Shown one piece after another: positions 60,639 through 64,000 of a stretch of DNA of 64,000 nt. The notes beneath the pieces are model-generated. The model was not told the origin of the DNA. It saw only the letters and a list, made by a program, of their open reading frames with translations, and searched no databases. Made by a program: the position numbers and the translations under genes. Source of the stretch: an uncultured archaeon (GTDB taxonomy: Archaea > Asgardarchaeota > Lokiarchaeia > Sigyniarchaeales > SOKP01). The stretch is taken from NCBI GenBank assembly GCA_964486045.1, contig CAZALK010000001.1:680242-744241 (forward strand). Direction: 5' to 3'. Every line of letters starts with the position of its first letter. The first letter of the stretch is position 1.

Positions 60639-61727
60639 CTACTTTATAAATCCCTTATTAACTAGTAATTCTGCATTTAATATGGCTCCTCCTGCAGCTC
60701 CTCTAACGGTATTGTGACTTAAAGCAATGAACTTAAAATCAAAGACTGTATCTTCTCTTAATCGACCAACTGTTATTGCCATTCCTTTATCGTTATCTCT
60801 ATCTTTTTTAGGTTGAGGACGATCTTCGCCTTCTAAATATATTATTGGTTGTTTAGGTGCATATGGTAAATCCAATTCCTGAGGAATTGATTTAAACGAA
60901 TTCCAAATTTTAATTATTTCTTCTTTTGAGGGTATTTTCTTTTTGAATTTTATATTTACACTAGCCGTATGACCATAAGAAACTGGAACTCTCGTACATG
61001 TTGCACTTATTTGAATTGAATGATCATTTTCTATCCCACCATTCCCAATTTTTCCTAAAATCTTTAACGGTTCATTTTCTGTCTTCTCCTCCTCTCCGTT
61101 AATATAAGGAACAAGATTATCAACAATATCTAGAGAGGGAACACCTGGGTATCCTGCTCCAGAAACAGCTTGTAAAGTAGTTATTATTAACTTGTCCACT
61201 TTATATCCTGCTTTTTCTAGAGCATAAATCGGTGTTAAATAACTTTGGAGAGAACAATTTGGTTTCACAACTATAAATCCTCTCTCGAAACCATGATTTT
61301 TTTGTTGGATTGGGATGACATTTACATGTTCGTGGTTAATTTCACCAATAATCATGGGTACGTCAGGAGTCCAGCGATGAGCTGAATTATTACTAATTAC
61401 CGGTATTCCTCTTTTAGCATAATTTATTTCAGTTTTTTTAATTTGTTCCTTTGTGGGCATACTAATAGCAGAGAATACCAAACTAAGATCTTTGGGTAGT
61501 CTCTCAAAGTCTTGAACATCCCTTACTATTAGATCTTTAACTGAGCTTGGGATAGAAGTAGACATCTGCCATTTAGCTTTAACAGCTTCTTTATAAGTTT
61601 TATTCGCTGATCTCGGTGAGGCTGCTACATCAACTATTTGAAACCAAGGATGATTTTGTAATAAGTTAATATAATTTTGACCTACAACTCCAGTAGCTCC
61701 TAGAATACCTATTTTATATTTATTCAT
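60639..61727 (-). CDS. asd: Aspartate-semialdehyde dehydrogenase (archaeal/fungal type)
   Basis: GATGVVGQ, PNCS, QAVSGAG, HNTVRGAAGG. Confidence 0.96.
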   Translation of the reverse strand: MNKYKIGILGATGVVGQNYINLLQNHPWFQIVDVAASPRSANKTYKEAVKAKWQMSTSIPSSVKDLIVRDVQDFERLPKDLSLVFSAISMPTKEQIKKTEINYAKRGIPVISNNSAHRWTPDVPMIIGEINHEHVNVIPIQQKNHGFERGFIVVKPNCSLQSYLTPIYALEKAGYKVDKLIITTLQAVSGAGYPGVPSLDIVDNLVPYINGEEEKTENEPLKILGKIGNGGIENDHSIQISATCTRVPVSYGHTASVNIKFKKKIPSKEEIIKIWNSFKSIPQELDLPYAPKQPIIYLEGEDRPQPKKDRDNDKGMAITVGRLREDTVFDFKFIALSHNTVRGAAGGAILNAELLVNKGFIK

Positions 61728-61915
61728 TAGAAGATCTTCAGACAGTATCTAAGATTTTAAATAGATGTATCTTTATTTAGTTTGAGATTTCAATCTAATT
61801 AATTTTCCTACTTTTTGTCTAAAGTTTTTGAATTTTGCTACATTTTTATTTTTTATAATCTTAAATGTATCTTGTATTTTTGAACTTATTAAATAAACTG
61901 TATTAATGGAATGAT

Positions 61916-62455
61916 GTGTTAGTTATGTCGGGACCATATGATGAGCTAGAAAAAGAAGCAGAAAGATTGGAAAAACAATCTAAAAACGAGTTTGGCAAGA
62001 AAAACTTTATTTCAGCGATTACTTTATTAAATGAAGCTAAAAATTTGTATTCAAAACTTGGTTTTCAGGGTAAAATTAATATGATTGATCAAAGAATAAC
62101 TCGGTTAAATAATCTGGTTAAATTCGAGAAGCAGGATTCAGATATGAAAACCAAAAGTGAGGAAGCATTCCAAAAACGGGTTGATAAGGTTATAAAAGAA
62201 AAACGAAAATATTCTGACAAAAAATTTTCTGAACAAAGAGCTATAACACCAGAAATGAAGAGAACATTTGAAAAGATTAATTTATTAGTTGAAAAAGCAG
62301 AAAAAGAAGAGAAACTAGGAAAGTATTCTAGAGTTATAGGGAGATATGAATACATTTTGGAGATATATAATTCTATTCCAAAGGATATAGGAGATTTCTC
62401 ACAGCGAATATATGAAATTGAGAAAAAAATAGCAATGCTACAAACAAAGAAGTAG
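61916..62455 (+). CDS. Helical protein with two MIT/TPR-like three-helix units
   Basis: Duplicated A...E....(F/Y)..(A/V)I..(L/Y)......Y pattern. Confidence 0.6.
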   Translation: MLVMSGPYDELEKEAERLEKQSKNEFGKKNFISAITLLNEAKNLYSKLGFQGKINMIDQRITRLNNLVKFEKQDSDMKTKSEEAFQKRVDKVIKEKRKYSDKKFSEQRAITPEMKRTFEKINLLVEKAEKEEKLGKYSRVIGRYEYILEIYNSIPKDIGDFSQRIYEIEKKIAMLQTKK

Positions 62456-62502
62456 AATTTTTTTTTCTCACTCTCTCAATCAAAAATATACAATGAATTT
62501 TT

Positions 62503-63543
62503 ATGAAAAATCCATTTAACAAGTTTTATCACGTTCCTAATTCAAAAGAATTGCTAGACATAGCCTTTAAAAGAGGGATGAAAAGTTCAGCGCAAGTCTC
62601 ACAAAATGCTCCAATTCTAATTAAAGCAAAAAAAAAGGAGTCTAAGCGTATTAAAGTCGCTGTAGAAGAGCTTTTAATTCGAATACTTAAAATTATTAAA
62701 ACAGTGCCTATTATTAATGAGTTACCTGACTTCTATAAAGAATTAGCATCTATTTTAGTCGATGTAGACAAATTAAGGTTGACTCTCGGCAAGTTAAATG
62801 GTATTATGCCCGTTTTACGTAAAATTGAGTCAGAACATCTAAGTCAACTAAGGAAAATTGAATTTCCGAAAGAAGGAGATCGTTTGCGAAGAGCCGCATT
62901 TGGAAGAATTTCTTCCATAATCAATAAACAAAACATTAATCTCGAATATTTAAACAGTATAAGAGGTAGTTTAAGACAAATCCCATCAATTGATTATACT
63001 ATGCCATGTGTAGTTGTCGCGGGGTATCCAAATGTAGGTAAAAGTAGCATTGTAAAAAATATATCAACAAATAAAAAGATTGTAGTAAGAGAATATCCAT
63101 TTACCACTAAAAAATTGATAATGGGGCATTTAGAAATTGAGCGAAAATTTGAGAAAATTAAAATTCAGTGCCTAGATACACCCGGGATATTAGACAGGCC
63201 AATGTCAAATAGGAACAGTATTGAATTACAAGCTATCCTTGCATTAAGGCTCATATCTGATCTAATTATATTTGTTTTTGACCCTACACCCGCTTGTGGT
63301 TATGATGTATTGTCCCAAATTGAACTGTTTAATGAAATAAAAGAAAAATTTACGAGAGACGGAAAAATCGAAATTTTAACTGTATTTAATAAAATGGATC
63401 TAGCCAAAGACTCTGAAATTGAATATTTAAAGGATTATCTAAAGCTTGATGATAATGAATTTTATTTAACTAATGCTCTTAGTGGGGAAAATTTGGATAA
63501 AATAATTGACGCTTTAAAGGAAAGATATAGGGGTAATGAATAA
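62503..63543 (+). CDS. NOG1-like GTPase (ribosome biogenesis)
   Basis: GYPNVGKSS, YPFTTK, DTPGILDRP...RN.IE, NKMD. Confidence 0.93.
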   Translation: MKNPFNKFYHVPNSKELLDIAFKRGMKSSAQVSQNAPILIKAKKKESKRIKVAVEELLIRILKIIKTVPIINELPDFYKELASILVDVDKLRLTLGKLNGIMPVLRKIESEHLSQLRKIEFPKEGDRLRRAAFGRISSIINKQNINLEYLNSIRGSLRQIPSIDYTMPCVVVAGYPNVGKSSIVKNISTNKKIVVREYPFTTKKLIMGHLEIERKFEKIKIQCLDTPGILDRPMSNRNSIELQAILALRLISDLIIFVFDPTPACGYDVLSQIELFNEIKEKFTRDGKIEILTVFNKMDLAKDSEIEYLKDYLKLDDNEFYLTNALSGENLDKIIDALKERYRGNE

Positions 63544-63614
63544 TTTCCCATATAGTTATTGGGTTAGATATAGGTGGTGCAAATACAAAAGTTGAGAAAG
63601 ATATCTATAATTAA
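63536..63614 (+). pseudogene. 5' remnant of a hydantoinase/oxoprolinase-family (MfnF-like, ASKHA) gene
   Basis: 63552-63593 encodes IVIGLDIGGANTKV, then stop at 63612; ATG 63536 overlapping the NOG1 end is out of frame. Confidence 0.65.
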
Positions 63615-63656
63615 ATAATATAATTAAAAATTCAACTTCAATTTTAATTTACCTTC

Positions 63657-63980
63657 TCAAATCCGTCTTAATTTTTTCAAGGTTCGCGAGAAATCTTGAG
63701 TTAGACGATTGATCCACGTCGATTTTATAGAATATGAGTAATAATCTTTAGTAGGAAACCTAATTAACTGATTTTTCTCATTAACAATCTCAGCATAAAA
63801 TTTAATATAAGTCCCTGCTTGAAACGGTTGAATTAATCCTGTTAAATGACCTTTATGCATAACAAGGGGAACAGGATGCCAAATATCCTCACGCGGAGTG
63901 TAATAATACATAGTTCCATGAAGAGAATGAATTTTTGGATAACTAATAAAAGGAACAATATTTTTCTCAATATTTTGCAT
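63657..63980 (-). CDS. Hypothetical protein (beta-sandwich-like; start may lie outside the window)
   Basis: 107-aa ORF at the window edge. Confidence 0.5.
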   Translation of the reverse strand: MQNIEKNIVPFISYPKIHSLHGTMYYYTPREDIWHPVPLVMHKGHLTGLIQPFQAGTYIKFYAEIVNEKNQLIRFPTKDYYSYSIKSTWINRLTQDFSRTLKKLRRI

Positions 63981-64000
63981 CTGATTAGCTCTATAAATTT

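Noticed and set aside
364-62355. Numerous short antisense or alternate-frame ORFs (e.g. 364-621, 3616-4005, 24305-24646, 35028-35450, 43887-44231)
   Set aside because: Shadows of well-supported genes with Phe/Ser/Leu-rich antisense composition and no motifs.

Overview
AT-rich archaeal chromosomal segment, very likely from an Asgard archaeon (Lokiarchaeia/Promethearchaeia). The assignment rests on archaeal core genes (rpl15e, RNase P Pop5/Rpp30, histone, proteasome beta, Orc1/Cdc6, Smc, NOG1, asd) occurring with eukaryotic-signature proteins (Rag-like GTPase+roadblock, longin/uDENN protein, two-domain gelsolin, RING finger). An accessory island of about 14 kb (20.3-34.45 kb) lies directly after smc. 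It carries a tightly coupled three-gene operon (HExxH membrane metallopeptidase, HerA/VirB4-like ATPase, 1461-aa repeat-rich Zn-ribbon/PD-(D/E)xK nuclease), three HEPN/Abi-type proteins, a C39-like peptidase, an RHH protein and another nuclease. A variable region follows with a truncated oxidoreductase and a 241-bp duplicated gene end. Other highlights: an unusually long Smc with no canonical hinge and modularly duplicated arms; a FLCN/NPRL2-like longin protein with an ARG arginine-finger motif near a Rag-like GTPase; a C/D box guide RNA and an H/ACA guide RNA absent from the ORF track; and a 180-bp-period non-coding repeat upstream of the histone gene. No tRNA, rRNA, CRISPR array, integrase or transposase was recognised. 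All calls come from reading motifs by eye, with no database searches.
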